DNA of 64,000 nucleotides from Lepidodermella squamata (taxonomy: Eukaryota > Animalia > Gastrotricha). Both the position numbers and the translations under genes were made by a program. Location of the stretch: positions 2,046,001-2,110,000 of the forward strand of contig JBLDXI010000002.1 of the NCBI GenBank assembly GCA_047495785.1. The letters run 5' to 3'. Shown piece by piece: positions 47,265 through 59,487 of this stretch (position 1 is its first letter; each line of letters starts with the position of its first letter). Below the pieces are notes generated by a model. The model saw only the letters and a program-made list of their open reading frames with translations. It made no database searches and had not been told where the DNA came from.

Positions 47265-49541
47265 TCAACGTAAATTTGCAATCAATCGACGAATAGCAAC
47301 AACAAATTTTTCTGAGAATAGTACGAAACCGCTCGTAAAGCCGGAAATATTCAAACAAGTGACGGACGCAACAATTTGCTGGGTAACATGGTCATTAGTC
47401 GTTGCTAAAATGATGAAAATCGCCGCGATGAGCAAGGGCAGGTTTATGAGCGAAGCCATGCGGTAGCGTTTAATTTCGGGATCGGCAACTTTGGCATTTG
47501 CTATCGATAACAGAAGAGCCGCTGCCGCAGGGATTAAGTCGATCACTGCTAGCGCCATCATGTATTTGATGTCATCGGCTTGACTAGCCTCACATACTTC
47601 GACGTAAAGATGGCGTAAAATGTCACGCTCTGCTTCGTATTCGCTTGGGAGTCTCTTGATACGCAATTCCATCGGAGTTGCGACAAACCAAGCTGTTAAT
47701 GATGATGCACTAGCAATAAAGACAAGCGCGGTTGCAAAATTAGCTAGTAATACTTGCATCCTCCTAGAACCAGTCGAAACCACCCTGGTTGTTGGAATCG
47801 GCGACTTACTAGCGCTATTAACTACCGAGATTGCGGTGAATTTAGTGCGGTAACTTGCCTGTCCAGTGATGCGCTGCCTGGTTGCCGTAACATAGGATGC
47901 CAATTTACGATAGAGAACTAAATGAACGACGGTTCCTCCGATAACTAGGAAAATATATTTCAAATGACAAGCAACTGACGAATCAACATTCAGGGCGAAA
48001 AGAATTGAAGCTGCATTGAGTAAGATACAAGCCAGTGTGAAAATTATCAGCTCAACTGACGACTTCGTCGCCAAAAGCAGCAGTTGGGATAGGGTTATAA
48101 TTCCGCCGATGACGCAGGCAAATATAAGGAAAGAATACGGGACCCGAATCACTTCAATCGCTTCACTCGGCCAATCAGCTGGGGGTTCCTTGGTCTCTGT
48201 GTACCAGACGAAGGGTTCAATACTGCGAGCAGCATAGCTTGGGTTTGTTAGGTTCGGCGGTAAAACTATTTCATAGTTTATCCGCGTCCTATTGTCCTCT
48301 GGCAGCCACTGGAAGATGTATTGTGGCTCGGAGTCCATTTCCAGTCTTGGCGAATACTCGATAACGCCCCGTCTGAATCCGACGAACTTGATGGAGGCAG
48401 CGCTTTTATTCGCCGCATCCATGACTATTTTGGGATATTTATCGTAATCCCTGAGGGACATATTCATCGTGTTGAGAATCTTTTCAGTTCCATCTAGCGT
48501 TAAAATGGCCTGAAGGAACTGATCGTGGCAATGATAGCGCCTGCCGTATACAGACATGCGTCGCGCATTGGGAACCGCCCTGTCAATCATTTCGTCAAAC
48601 TGCTTTGCGTCGTATCCTAGGCTGGTGTTCCCTGTATTATCGACTCCAAGACTTGTCCAAATTCCTCCAACGAAAACCGTATATCGATGCTGCTCCATAA
48701 TGATGGACATGGTGCAGCCCGGGGCGACACCATTTGGTCTAAGATTTGGATTGACATAATTTAACGCAGCTATGATGAAAACATATCGAGGCCCGGTTAT
48801 CCCGTAACTGAAGCATTTACATAGAAACAGCGCATAATTTGTCAAATCAGAAATCTCAAAAACTATCACTCTCGCTCCTGATATCTTCAACCCGAGAACC
48901 AAATCGTCAGTCAAGTCAAAAGCAGCATCGTAATGTACGACTTTCAAACCATTTTTTACAGCGAGGTCATAGAAATACGATGCAACGTAGAAGTTGAGAA
49001 TTGTAGCACCGGCATTGGCTAGTATCGCAATCTTCTGCCACTTACCGATTTTCTGAATGAAGTTCAGCCGTGGCAGGGCGACAGCCTCGCCAGACAACCG
49101 TATTCGATACAGATTCGGATACATTCTTCGATTAGTTGTAAAGATTGGCGATAGACAGACCGGTGAAACACTGACCAAATTTGAATATTGGAGAATTTGG
49201 GCTAGTGATCTGCATGCCGCTGTATAACCTCCTGCGAAAACAACAGGCGATTTTATTGAATCATTTGCGGGTTTTCTGTAGAATTCGATCAAACGCTGAA
49301 GTAGAAGGAATCCCCCTGGTCCTTCGTCCTGACTATAGGCAACCAACTCGTAGCCTGGCAAGATGTCGTCCCTCTTGTTCACGATGTCGATCATCAGCTT
49401 TTGGACGTGCGGGCAAATGTCACCAGGAGCATCGAGCGCTTGAATTGTCGTGGTGCCAAAAAACATTTCCAACTTGGTCTTTTGGCCCTGCACTGGGTAT
49501 ATCATGAAAAGCGCAAGAAATACGAAAATTATTTGGTGCAT
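47265..49541 (-). CDS. Class C GPCR, GABA-B-like, intronless, copy B
   Basis: Close paralogue of copy A over the full length. Confidence 0.87.
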   Translation of the reverse strand: MHQIIFVFLALFMIYPVQGQKTKLEMFFGTTTIQALDAPGDICPHVQKLMIDIVNKRDDILPGYELVAYSQDEGPGGFLLLQRLIEFYRKPANDSIKSPVVFAGGYTAACRSLAQILQYSNLVSVSPVCLSPIFTTNRRMYPNLYRIRLSGEAVALPRLNFIQKIGKWQKIAILANAGATILNFYVASYFYDLAVKNGLKVVHYDAAFDLTDDLVLGLKISGARVIVFEISDLTNYALFLCKCFSYGITGPRYVFIIAALNYVNPNLRPNGVAPGCTMSIIMEQHRYTVFVGGIWTSLGVDNTGNTSLGYDAKQFDEMIDRAVPNARRMSVYGRRYHCHDQFLQAILTLDGTEKILNTMNMSLRDYDKYPKIVMDAANKSAASIKFVGFRRGVIEYSPRLEMDSEPQYIFQWLPEDNRTRINYEIVLPPNLTNPSYAARSIEPFVWYTETKEPPADWPSEAIEVIRVPYSFLIFACVIGGIITLSQLLLLATKSSVELIIFTLACILLNAASILFALNVDSSVACHLKYIFLVIGGTVVHLVLYRKLASYVTATRQRITGQASYRTKFTAISVVNSASKSPIPTTRVVSTGSRRMQVLLANFATALVFIASASSLTAWFVATPMELRIKRLPSEYEAERDILRHLYVEVCEASQADDIKYMMALAVIDLIPAAAALLLSIANAKVADPEIKRYRMASLINLPLLIAAIFIILATTNDHVTQQIVASVTCLNISGFTSGFVLFSEKFVVAIRRLIANLR

Positions 49542-50419
49542 TTTAAGTGTTTTTATTTTTAAGAATCAGAAAGAATTTCTTGAATCAGCAGACGTTGATC
49601 TAGTACATTAAGATCCTTGCTATGCAGGTGCGAGGAGGCGTCGATTAGTTGAGGCTTGCGGAAGTTTATAACATCCTCGAGGCGTGGATTCTTAGCTAGC
49701 CAGCTGAAACTCTATATTCTGCATTTGGCTTTGGCTGTCATCGCGGCAGATGCATGATGCACTTTGAAGCACTGGGCAAACAATTTTAATAAATCGCACC
49801 TTATCCCGCTCTACGCGTTTTCGACATTCAACACCCGACGAATCGATGACCTCAAATAAGTAACACTTTCTAGCTTATCAACTCATAAAATGCTAAGAAA
49901 ATTGGGCAGTGAGTGACTGCGACGTGAGGGAAGTCAAACTGGTTTAGAAAATCAAACCATAATTCGCATCCAGAGAAGGTTTTTCGACTCGCAGCTCCCC
50001 CACGTAGTTGGACTTTGACTCCGAAAATCTGGCCTTAGATGATAGCAATGACTTTTTCGACACATTTTCATTCCGCAATTTTCGAGTTTTTCTTCCTCAA
50101 CGAAGCTCAATGTCGATATAAGTAGATCTAGTCCTTGAACTCCTGAGTTAATACACTCACTGCCAACGACTTTTTCCCATAGATGAATTAAAAATCTATG
50201 CGTTTTCCGGTGAGCATGACCTCAAAAGCGCACTCTAACGATGGGAATCTCGATTTCAGCTTTGAGCGCAAATTTCACATATAGTTATAACAGATTACGC
50301 AGTCTTTGATGCTACTGTTGGGGCCCGATTCCGAATTCTATTGCGATCCGGCGATCCGGCCGGCTCGTACGCAGACGGGTAGCATCGACTTGCCGCTCCA
50401 CGCTCGGGCCGCTTTAAAA

Positions 50420-50848
50420 CATACTCTCTCATACTCTCATACTCTTTATTTTATGCAAGTTGCCTTTCGACATTTAGCATTTGGTATCAGACATCATCAC
50501 AAGGCTTATGAGTCAACTATTCCCATGGTTGATGGTCGAACCATGGTCCCCAGGCTTTGCGTACTGAGTAGCCATATCTTGATTGCCGGTGAATGGCGTC
50601 CTACACCGGGAGGTAGGAAACCGCGGTCTCGGGTGGAATTGCTTGGCGGTGTTACCAGCAGGTACGCACTCGAGGATTGTGCCCTTGGCTCCGTAGTCGG
50701 CGACACGTCTTCCTGTCAGCTTGATTAACGGTCCCAGAAACGCCGCATTCAATGCGTAGAAGAATGATTGGTGTTGCGGTTCTGGGGATTGAACCCGTGC
50801 CTCTTCGCCGCCAGTAAGGTGCTTGGACCGCTCAACCACTTGCTCCCC
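50420..50848 (-). mobile_element. tRNA-derived SINE (~430 bp)
   Basis: Minus strand: Pol III A box TGGTTGAGCGG (~50838-50828), B box GGTTCAATCCC (~50795-50785), unique body, AATAAA and a tandem (GAGTATGA)n tail at 50444-50420. No cloverleaf acceptor stem. Confidence 0.65.
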
Positions 50849-52436
50849 TGCCCGTCGCCAACTATCGCCCGATCTCTATCACATCGCCGGTTGCTCGAAC
50901 GTTCGAACGATGCTTAGCTTTTCAACTAAAAGCTCATCTCTCTAAGTTTTGGTCGCCATCGCAGCATGGCTTCCGAGAAAAGCACTCAACTGACACTTGC
51001 GTAGCTGAGTTCACTGAGGATTGGCGGCAATCTATGTGTAATGGCAAGGTTGTTGCTGCTGTTTCTATCGACTTATCGAAGGCTTTCGATACACTCAACC
51101 ACGCGGGCATTATCGAATCTTTTCGTAGCGCCGGCCTATCACCGTCGGCATTGCAACTGATAGAAAACTACCTTCAAGGTCGCCAACAAGCAACTAAGGT
51201 CAACAACGAATTGTCTTCATTCGAATCGGTGAATCTCGGCGTTCCACAGGGATCCGTACTTGGACCCCTAATGTTTACGGTTTACGTCAACGAATTGTCA
51301 GCAGTTGTTACTCGGTGCAGAATAAAGCAATACGCCGACGATATCACAATTTACTTTTCAAGCAGAAATGTCAATGAATTACGATCAGTTCCACAGCAAG
51401 AGATGAATCGTGTTTGCTCATGGCTCAGCAGCAACTCTTTGGCAGTTAATGGGAAAAAGTCGCAGTTTTTGCTTTTGAAATGTGCTATGCCATCCACGCC
51501 GGATTTTTCCATCACTATCGGCGACGCAGTTATCGGACCATCAAAAGTTATGACCACTCTTGGCTTCACCATTGACTGCAAACTTTCCTTCAAAAAACAT
51601 ATCAAAGGTGCAAAGAGCAAGGCTCGACGGGGATTGTATGCCCTCAAACTAGCTGCGAAATTCGTCGACCGAAAAACTGCCATCATGATGGCCAATGGCT
51701 TGATATTCAGCCATATCAATTACGGTGACCTAACCTTAGGTCAGGCAGCACCGACTACTCTAGCAAAGCTTCAGTCAACGCAAGATCGTGCCGTCCGAAT
51801 CATATGCGGCGCTCACTCACTCGCAGATGCGGAGCCTCTTCGCCATCGACTCGGCTGGGTCAACGTTCAACAGAAACACGCCATCCATTTGGCGACATTC
51901 ATCCACAATTGCCTGAATAAACAAGCACCGGCTGCGATTCAAACACTTTTCAAGCTGAACCCGGTCGGCAGCTACTCAACACGTAACACTGAGCCAATGT
52001 TCAAGCCGACGTATTTGTCAGTTCGTGGTACGTTGAGCCTTAGCTATCGCGGTCCCGATCTCTGGAATCAACTGCCTGCAGAAGCTCAAAATGCTGAGTC
52101 AGCTGAAGCGTGCCGCTCAAATGTTTATGCTTATTTTTACGAAAGAAATTCCACTGGTTTAGGCCTATGATAAATTCGATACACTATATATTTTTATAAT
52201 GCTGCGATGCTGTTTTGTTGTGATGTTATTATGATTTTGTTATTTTACTTAATTCTCATCATTGTTCAATCGCTCACTCTTGCTATATGCACTTAATAAC
52301 ATTTTTTATGTCATCATTTGCCAATGTCCTATACCTCTGTAACCTGTCCTGCAATTATCTGTTTCATTTTCAATTCACCATTGTCAAGCTGCTCTCTCTT
52401 GGGCGTCATAGCTTTGAAATAAATAAATAAATAAAT
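50848..52436 (+). mobile_element. 5'-truncated non-LTR retrotransposon (CR1/L2-like): RT domain, 3' UTR and (AAAT)n tail
   Basis: Open frame from ~50848 to 52170: NYRPIS, QHGFR..HST, IDLSKAFD, GVPQGSVLGPLMF, YADD, LGF.ID..LSF..HI, YRGPDLWNQLP. 3' hairpin caagct...agcttt and tgaaataaataaataaataaa tail. No endonuclease domain present. Confidence 0.92.
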
Positions 52437-52638
52437 TGGACACTTTCCGGGTTAGACGACTCCGCTTCACAACTTTCACTGTAGAAGCCCAACATCCACT
52501 TATATCCCTTAAATTCAAGAAGTAGAATAATTTATTGATAACTTGGAACTCGGTATCATGCTGGTACCAGTTAAGAAACATTCTAGACACCAACTATATG
52601 AATTTATTTCGGCAATAAATTTTACATTTTAATTGAGA

Positions 52639-52760
52639 TCACCATCCATTTGCGATCAATCGGCGAATGACAACTACAAAATTGTCTGAGAATAGCACGA
52701 AAACACTCGCGAATCCGGAAATATTCAAACAAGTGACAGACGCAACAATTTGCTGGGTTA
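52639..52760 (-). pseudogene. Relic 3' fragment (TM7 and C-tail) of a deleted class C GPCR copy
   Basis: Translates TQQIVASVTCLNISGFASVFVLFSDNFVVVIRRLIANGW*. It is joined abruptly at ~52760 to sequence matching the 3' flank at 56902ff. Confidence 0.85.
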
Positions 52761-53007
52761 ATTCGAAAAAGTCCGGTTTAGACGACACATTTATGTTTTC
52801 TGCACGAGCCACTGAAATCGTCCGTTTTGTCCGGTTTACCCACTTTCAGTTTAAGTTAGCCGCAAGTTATATCCTCCTTTTATCCTTTCTATTCATTGAG
52901 TAGGATAATGTAATAACTTGGAACTTCGTATCACGTCGGTACCAGTTAAGAAACTTTCTTGACACCATTATTACACATTTATTTCGATAAAATATTTAAA
53001 TTAAAGT

Positions 53008-55282
53008 TCACTTTACATTTGCAATCAATCGACGAATAACAACTAAAAATTTGTCTGAGAATAGCACGAAAACGCTCGTAAAGCCAGAAATATTTAAGCA
53101 AGTGACGGACGCTACAATTTGCTGGGTTACATGGTTATTAGTGGACGCTAAAATGATGAAAATCGCTGCGATGAGTAATGGCAGATTGATGAGCGAGGCC
53201 AAGCGATAGCGCTTAATTTCAGGATCTGCAACTTTGGCATTCGCTATGGAAAGCAGAACAGCTGCTGCCGCGGGGACTAGGTCGATCACTGCTAACGCCA
53301 TCATGTATTTGATGTCATCGACTTCACTAGCTTCGCATACTTCGACGTAAAAATGACGTAAAATGTCACTTTCCGCATACGCTAGGGATGTTCTTGATAC
53401 GCAATTTCATTGGAGTTACGACGAACCAGGCAGTTAATGAGGATACGCTCGCAAAAAAGACGAGCGTTGTTGCAAAATCAGCAAGCAATACTTGCATCCG
53501 CTTAGATCCTGAAGTAACCACCTTAGTTGTAGAGGTAATTGATGACTTGGGGAATACTGATATTGCGGTGTGCAGTTTGGCATGATAGTGGGTTGAACTA
53601 TTGATGCGCAGCCTGCTCCTCGTCGCGTAAAATGCAAGCTTCCGATAGAGCACTAGATGAACAATGGTTCCTCCAATGACAAGGAAAATATACTTCAAAT
53701 TACAAGCCGCTGCCGAGTGAGCATTCAGGGCGTAAAGGATGGAAGCTGCGTTGAGTAACATGCAAGCAATGGTGAACATGATCCTATTGATTTCCAACTT
53801 TGACGACAGTAGTATCAGTTGGATGAAAGTCACAATTCCGCTGAGGACGCAGGCAAATACGAGAAAAGCATCCGGGATCCGGATAACTTCAATTGCTTCA
53901 CTCGGCCAATCAGCTGGGGGTTCCTTAGTCTCAGTGTACCAGATGATGGGTTCAATACTGCGAGCGGCATAGCTATTGATATCGGTTACGTTTGTTTTGT
54001 TAGGGGGTAGAACTATTTCATAGTTAATCCGCGCCCTATTTTCGTCTGGTAACCATTGTAAGATGTATTGAGGCTCGGAATCCATTTCCAGCCTTGGAGA
54101 GTACTCGATAACGCCCCGTCTGAATCCGACGAACTTGATGGATGCAGCACTTTTATTCGCCGCATCCATGACTATCTTCGGATATTTATCGTAATCCTTG
54201 AGGGACATATTCATGGCGTTAAGAATCTTCTCAGTCCCATCTAACGATAGAATTCCGTGGAGGAACTGGTCGTGGCAATGATATCGCCTCCCGTATGCAG
54301 ACATGCGCCGTGCATTAGGAACAGCTTTTTCCAACAGTTCGTCGAATTGTTTGGCGTCGTAGCCAAGACTGGTTTTTCCTGTATTATCGACTCCAAGACT
54401 TGTCCATATTGACCCAACGAAAACAGTATATCGATGCTGCTCCATAATGATTGACTTGGTACAGCCCGGGGCGAAAACTTCGGGTCTAAGATTTGGATCT
54501 ACATAATTTGACGCGGCCATAATTAGAACATAGCGAGGTCCGGTTATCCCGTAGCTGAAGCATTTGCACAAAAACAGTACAGAACCTGTTAGATCAGAAA
54601 TCTCAAATACTATCACCCGTGCACCTGACTTCTTCAACCCGAGGATCAAGTCGTCAGTCAAATCAAAAGCAGCATCATAATGCACAACTTTTAGGCCGTT
54701 TGTAACTGCCAAATCGTAGAAGTAGGATGCAACATAAAAGTTCAGAATCGTATTGCCGGCATTCGCCAGTATCGCGATCTTCTGCCATTTACCAATACTC
54801 TGGATGAAGTGAAGTCTTGACAGGGCGACGGCCTCCCCTGACATGCGCGTTCGATACAAATTCGGATATATTCTGCGGTTTGCTGTAAAAGTCGGTGATA
54901 GGCAGACCGGTGAAACGCTGACCAAATTTGAATGGTGGAGAATTTGACCTAGTGATTTGCATCCCGCAGTGAACCCTCCTCCGAAAACAACGGGCGATTT
55001 TATTGAATTATTAGTGGGTCTCCTGTAGAATTCTATCAAACGTTGAGTTAGAAAAAAGCTTCCTGGTCCTTCCTCCTGGGTATAAGCAGCTAACTCATAA
55101 CCCGGCAAGATGTCGTTCCTTTTGTTGACGATGTCGATCATCAGCTTTTGGACGTGCGGGCAAATGTCACCAGGAGCATCGAGCGCTTGAATTGTCGTGG
55201 TGCCAAAAAACATTTCCAACTTCGTCTTTTGCCCATGTACTGGGCAAATTATTAGAATGCCAAGATATATAAATAAATACAT
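53008..55282 (-). pseudogene. Class C GPCR, GABA-B-like, copy C, frameshifted in ECL2
   Basis: ORFs 53366..55282 and 53008..53304 are in different frames. Relative to copy B (AGC GAA TAC GAA GCA GAG CGT GAC) there is a net 5-nt deletion near 53375-53382; no intron signals. Confidence 0.8.
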
Positions 55283-55978
55283 TATCAGTTAAGCTGTTTA
55301 TAAACAGAAAACGCTTTTTGATTTAATTATGGCACACTAAAATCGTTTTAGCTATACAGTGCAAGTGGGCATCGATTTACAGGTGACTGCGGAAGTTGAT
55401 ATCTTGAGCATGGACCTTCAGTAAGCCAGCGGAAACTCTATCTTCTGCTTTTCTTCCGCAGTTCTATACACGGTGTCCGCTTAATGATATGCAGCTTTTA
55501 GCTCGAAAAATCTAAATCGCGTGCCAAAAGTAGCACCGCTATTTATAGCTACTGCTTATTATTGAACATCATGTAGGTCTTATATCGCGCCAGGATATCA
55601 TAATCTAGCCAATAATGTATTTTGAATTTTTTATGCAATCGAGCAGTGGGCGAAAATGTGTAGGAAATCCCACACCATCCTGTTCTATATGACAACACCT
55701 TAATCGATGGCCCCAAACATGTGACAGCATAGCTAAAATAGCATATCGAACTCGCAGAAAGCCAGCCAGTTTCATCCGGGTTTTTTTTAGGCCCGCAACA
55801 AGTGCATCATCCTGGTCCGTTTTGGTTTTTTGTACGGTAATGAAGAATGATCTCGAGCGAGCGCATATATGTAATAAAAATCAAATTAACTCCACTGTGC
55901 CGGTCTTATGATTGACGCTGCATTTCGGCTGTGCGCGCAAAGAGCACGCGTAATAGGAGCAGTAAAATTTTATGAATC

Positions 55979-55981
55979 CTC

Positions 55982-56026
<45 letters not shown>
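55979..56026. repeat. (CT)n microsatellite
   Basis: ctctctctctctcgctctctct... Confidence 0.95.
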
Positions 56027-56031
<5 letters not shown>

Positions 56032-56511
56032 CTAATATTATCCAAGTTTTTGCATGCAAATCGACCACCTAAATTTCGTTGTGGGATAAAATCAACTGAT
56101 ATACCTTGTTTTTCCCTGTTCTCATTTTGACGAACTGTGTACGGAGAAGTGTAATTTAGAGCGAATTCGGCCTAAGCGACCACCGGACTAAGTTCGGCTC
56201 AGACAACTGAGTCTGTGCGCTTATAGAATTATGATACATTAGCAGAATTAAGATATGCATTAAGATATGCATCGCGTTTATTGAATTGATTGATTGATAT
56301 TGATTGATTGATTACAGCGCTATCATTATTAATTATTACATTAAGTTTCCAAATAACTGCATACAGAACTGTGGCTTATGTTTGACAAGATATAAGCAGC
56401 ACCGGTTTGCCGTCGTGTTCGCGATCCAAGTATCTTTCTCAAAATACACAAATGTCACCTGGCGCGGCTTGATTTCAAGAGTAACTCGTGACGTCTTCCG
56501 CCTGTCGCGCG

Positions 56512-56773
56512 GCTGGCTATTCTATAACGGGGCCTGCGACACGACAAACCGTGCTCTCGAGACAATTTCTATTGTTTATGTGCGCGCCCGACCGTTCAAC
56601 GCGCGCTTTGTTTCGAGCTCGACTTTGTGCACGCGCGACACTGATTAGACGCCCGCGACGCGCGACTTTGTCGGGAGTTAGTGAACACAGGCGCGACTGT
56701 CGCGTGCAACAGCGTGACTGTCACGCACTCAAGTTGTCGGGCGCGACAAATCGCGCATTAGTGAATATCCAGC
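56512..56773. mobile_element. Putative MITE (~260 bp) rich in CGCGAC/GTCGCG motifs
   Basis: Imperfect TIR GCTGGCTATTCTATAA vs reverse complement GCTGGATATTCACTAA; many internal CGCGAC-type motifs; CpG-rich relative to flanks; TSD not evident. Confidence 0.55.
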
Positions 56774-57144
56774 TTTAGAGGACGTTAAACCATAGCGAGC
56801 AGGAACTGATGCTCGGAAATTACCAAAGACAAAGTAATGTCCTATGTAGGTAATGGTCTAAACCGTACTTTTCATCCTTCCCGCCTCTGAAAATCGCTCC
56901 GAATTCGAAAAAGTCCGGTTTAGACGACACATTTATGTTTTCTGCACGATCCACTGAAATTGTCCGGTTTTGTCCGGTTTACGCACTTTCAGTGTAAGTT
57001 GGCCATAATCACTTATATCCTTTCAATTCATTGAGTAGAATAATGATGTAATAACTTGGAACTTCGTATCACGCCGGTACCAGTTAAGAAGCTTTTTGAC
57101 ACCATTATTACACATTTATTTCGATAAAAAATTTAAATTAAAGT

Positions 57145-59487
57145 TCACTTAACATTCGCAATCAATCGACGAATAACAACTAAAAATTTATCGGAGAATA
57201 GAACGAAACCGCTCGTAAATCCGGAAATATTCAAACAAGTGACAGATGCAACAATTTGCTGGGTTACATGGTTATTGGTCGACGCTAAAATGATGAAAAT
57301 CGCTGCGATGAGCAAGGGCAGATTGATGAGTGAGGCCAAGCGATAGCGCTTAATTTCGGGATCTGCAACTTTGGCGTTCGCTATGGATAGCAGAACAGCC
57401 GCTGCCGCAGGAATCAGATCGATCACCACTAGCGTCATCATGTATTTCGTATCCTCCACCTCACTAGCCTCGCATAGTTCGACGTAAACGCGGCGTAAAA
57501 CATCCCGATCTGCTACATATTCGTTAACGACGTGCTTAGTACGCAATTCCATAGGATTTATGACGAGCCACGCCGTTAATGAGGATAAGCTCATGATTAA
57601 GACAAGGATAGGCGCAATGTTAGCAAACAGTCGTTGCATCCGCTTAGAACCAGTCGTAATCAACCTGACTGTTGGAGTCGGCGACTTAGCAAATGCTACT
57701 GAGATTGCCGTGAATTTAGTGCGCTGACTAGGTGTACCAGGGGTGCGCTGCCTGCTCATCGTTGCGTAGATTGTCAGTTTACGATAAAGAACTAAATGAA
57801 CGACGGTTCCTCCGATGACTAGGAAAACATATTTCAAATTGCAGGCCGCTGCCGAATGAGCATTCAGGGCGAAAAGGATTGAAGCTGCGTTGAGTAACAT
57901 ACAAGCCAAGGTGAAAATGGTCCTATCAATTTCCAACTTCGAAGTCAGTAGTAGCAGTTGGATGAAAGTCACTATTCCGCCGATTACGCAAACAAATGCG
58001 AGAAAAGCATCCGGGACCCGAATCAAGTCTATTTCTTCACCTGGCCAATCAGCTGGTGGTTCCTTGGTCTCCGTGTACCAGACGTAGGGTTCAACTCTAC
58101 GAAGAGCATAGCTTGTGACATCGCTTGCGTTTGTTTTGTTTGGCGGTAAAACGATTTCATAGTTTATCCGCGTCCTATTTTCTTCTGGCAACCTCTGAAA
58201 GATGTATTGAGGCTCGGAGTCCATTTCCAGCCTTGGAGAGTACTCGATAACGCCCCGTCTGAATCCGACGAACTTGATGGAGGCAGCACTTTTGTTCGCT
58301 GCGTCCATGACTATCTTCGGATATTTATCGTAATCCTTGAGGGACATATTCATCGCGTTAAGAATCTTCTCTGTTCCATCTAGCGTTAGAATGCCCTGGA
58401 GGTACTGATCGTGGCAGAGGTATCGCTTTCCGTATCCTACCATGCTCCGTCCAGTGGGTACAACTTTGTCCAAAAGCTCGTCGAATTGTTTGGCGTCGTA
58501 GCCAAGACTGGTTTTTCCTGTATTATCGACTCCAAGACTTGTCCAGATTGATCCAATGTAAACAGTGTATCGATGTTGCTCCAGCATAGTGGACTTGGTA
58601 CAGCCCGGGGCGATTACATTCGGTCTAAAATTTGGATCAACATAAGTCAACCCAGCCAAAATGAATACATATCGAGTTCCCGTTATCCCGTAACTGAAAC
58701 ATTTGCACAGAAACACTACCGCACTTGTCGTATCAGAATTTTCAAATACTATTACTCTTGCACCAGACTTCTTTAATCCGATTACCAATTCGTCGGTTAA
58801 TTCAAATGCAGCATCATAATGCACAACCTCCAAGCCGTTTGTGACGGCGAGGTCATAGAAGTAGGATGCAACGTAGAAGTTTAGAATCGTTGAACCGGCA
58901 TTGGCTAGTATCGCGATCTTCTGCCATTTTCCCAGTCTTTGGATGAAATAAAGCCTAGGAAAAGCGAGTGCCTCGCCGGACAAGCGCGTTCGATACAGGT
59001 TTGGATACATTCTGCGGTTAGCCGTAAAGGTTGGTGATAGACAGACCGGTGAAACGCTGACAAAATTTGAATATTGCAGAATTTGGCCCAGTGATTTGCA
59101 TCCCGCAGTATAACCTCCTGCGAAAACAACAGGCGATTTGACTGAATTATTTGTCGATCTCCTGTAGAATTCAATCACTCGCTGATTTAGCAGATTGCTC
59201 CCAGATCCTTCGTCCTGAGTGAAGGCGACCAACTCATAATCAGGCAAGATGTCGTCCCTCTTGTTCGCGATGTCGATCATGAGTTTTTGAACGTACGGGC
59301 AAATGTCACCAGCAGGATCGAGAACTTGAATCGTGGTGGTACCAAAAAACATTTCCAACTTTGTCTTTTGTCCATGAACTTGATGGATCACGAATGCAAG
59401 ACATGCAAAAATTATTTGTCTTAGCATTGTCATTATGATAGAAAATCTCAAGAAACTGAATAGAAAAATTTCCTTATATTGAGGCAT
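57145..59487 (-). CDS. Class C GPCR, GABA-B-like, intronless, copy D (true start probably the MTML Met ~59433)
   Basis: Full-length paralogue, closest to copies B and C; its 3' flank (56902-57144) is duplicated at 52760-53007. Confidence 0.87.
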   Translation of the reverse strand: MPQYKEIFLFSFLRFSIIMTMLRQIIFACLAFVIHQVHGQKTKLEMFFGTTTIQVLDPAGDICPYVQKLMIDIANKRDDILPDYELVAFTQDEGSGSNLLNQRVIEFYRRSTNNSVKSPVVFAGGYTAGCKSLGQILQYSNFVSVSPVCLSPTFTANRRMYPNLYRTRLSGEALAFPRLYFIQRLGKWQKIAILANAGSTILNFYVASYFYDLAVTNGLEVVHYDAAFELTDELVIGLKKSGARVIVFENSDTTSAVVFLCKCFSYGITGTRYVFILAGLTYVDPNFRPNVIAPGCTKSTMLEQHRYTVYIGSIWTSLGVDNTGKTSLGYDAKQFDELLDKVVPTGRSMVGYGKRYLCHDQYLQGILTLDGTEKILNAMNMSLKDYDKYPKIVMDAANKSAASIKFVGFRRGVIEYSPRLEMDSEPQYIFQRLPEENRTRINYEIVLPPNKTNASDVTSYALRRVEPYVWYTETKEPPADWPGEEIDLIRVPDAFLAFVCVIGGIVTFIQLLLLTSKLEIDRTIFTLACMLLNAASILFALNAHSAAACNLKYVFLVIGGTVVHLVLYRKLTIYATMSRQRTPGTPSQRTKFTAISVAFAKSPTPTVRLITTGSKRMQRLFANIAPILVLIMSLSSLTAWLVINPMELRTKHVVNEYVADRDVLRRVYVELCEASEVEDTKYMMTLVVIDLIPAAAAVLLSIANAKVADPEIKRYRLASLINLPLLIAAIFIILASTNNHVTQQIVASVTCLNISGFTSGFVLFSDKFLVVIRRLIANVK

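Noticed and set aside
50450-50510. Possible hammerhead ribozyme near the SINE 3' end (GTGATGA...CGAAA on the minus strand)
   Set aside because: The core is GUGAUGA rather than CUGANGA, and stems II/III do not pair convincingly.
50306-50839. ORFs of 140, 66 and 108 aa
   Set aside because: They overlap the SINE body and have no protein features.
50770-50848. Possible tRNA gene on the minus strand
   Set aside because: It has A and B boxes but no pairing acceptor or anticodon stems, and continues into a body and repeat tail, so it is called a SINE head.
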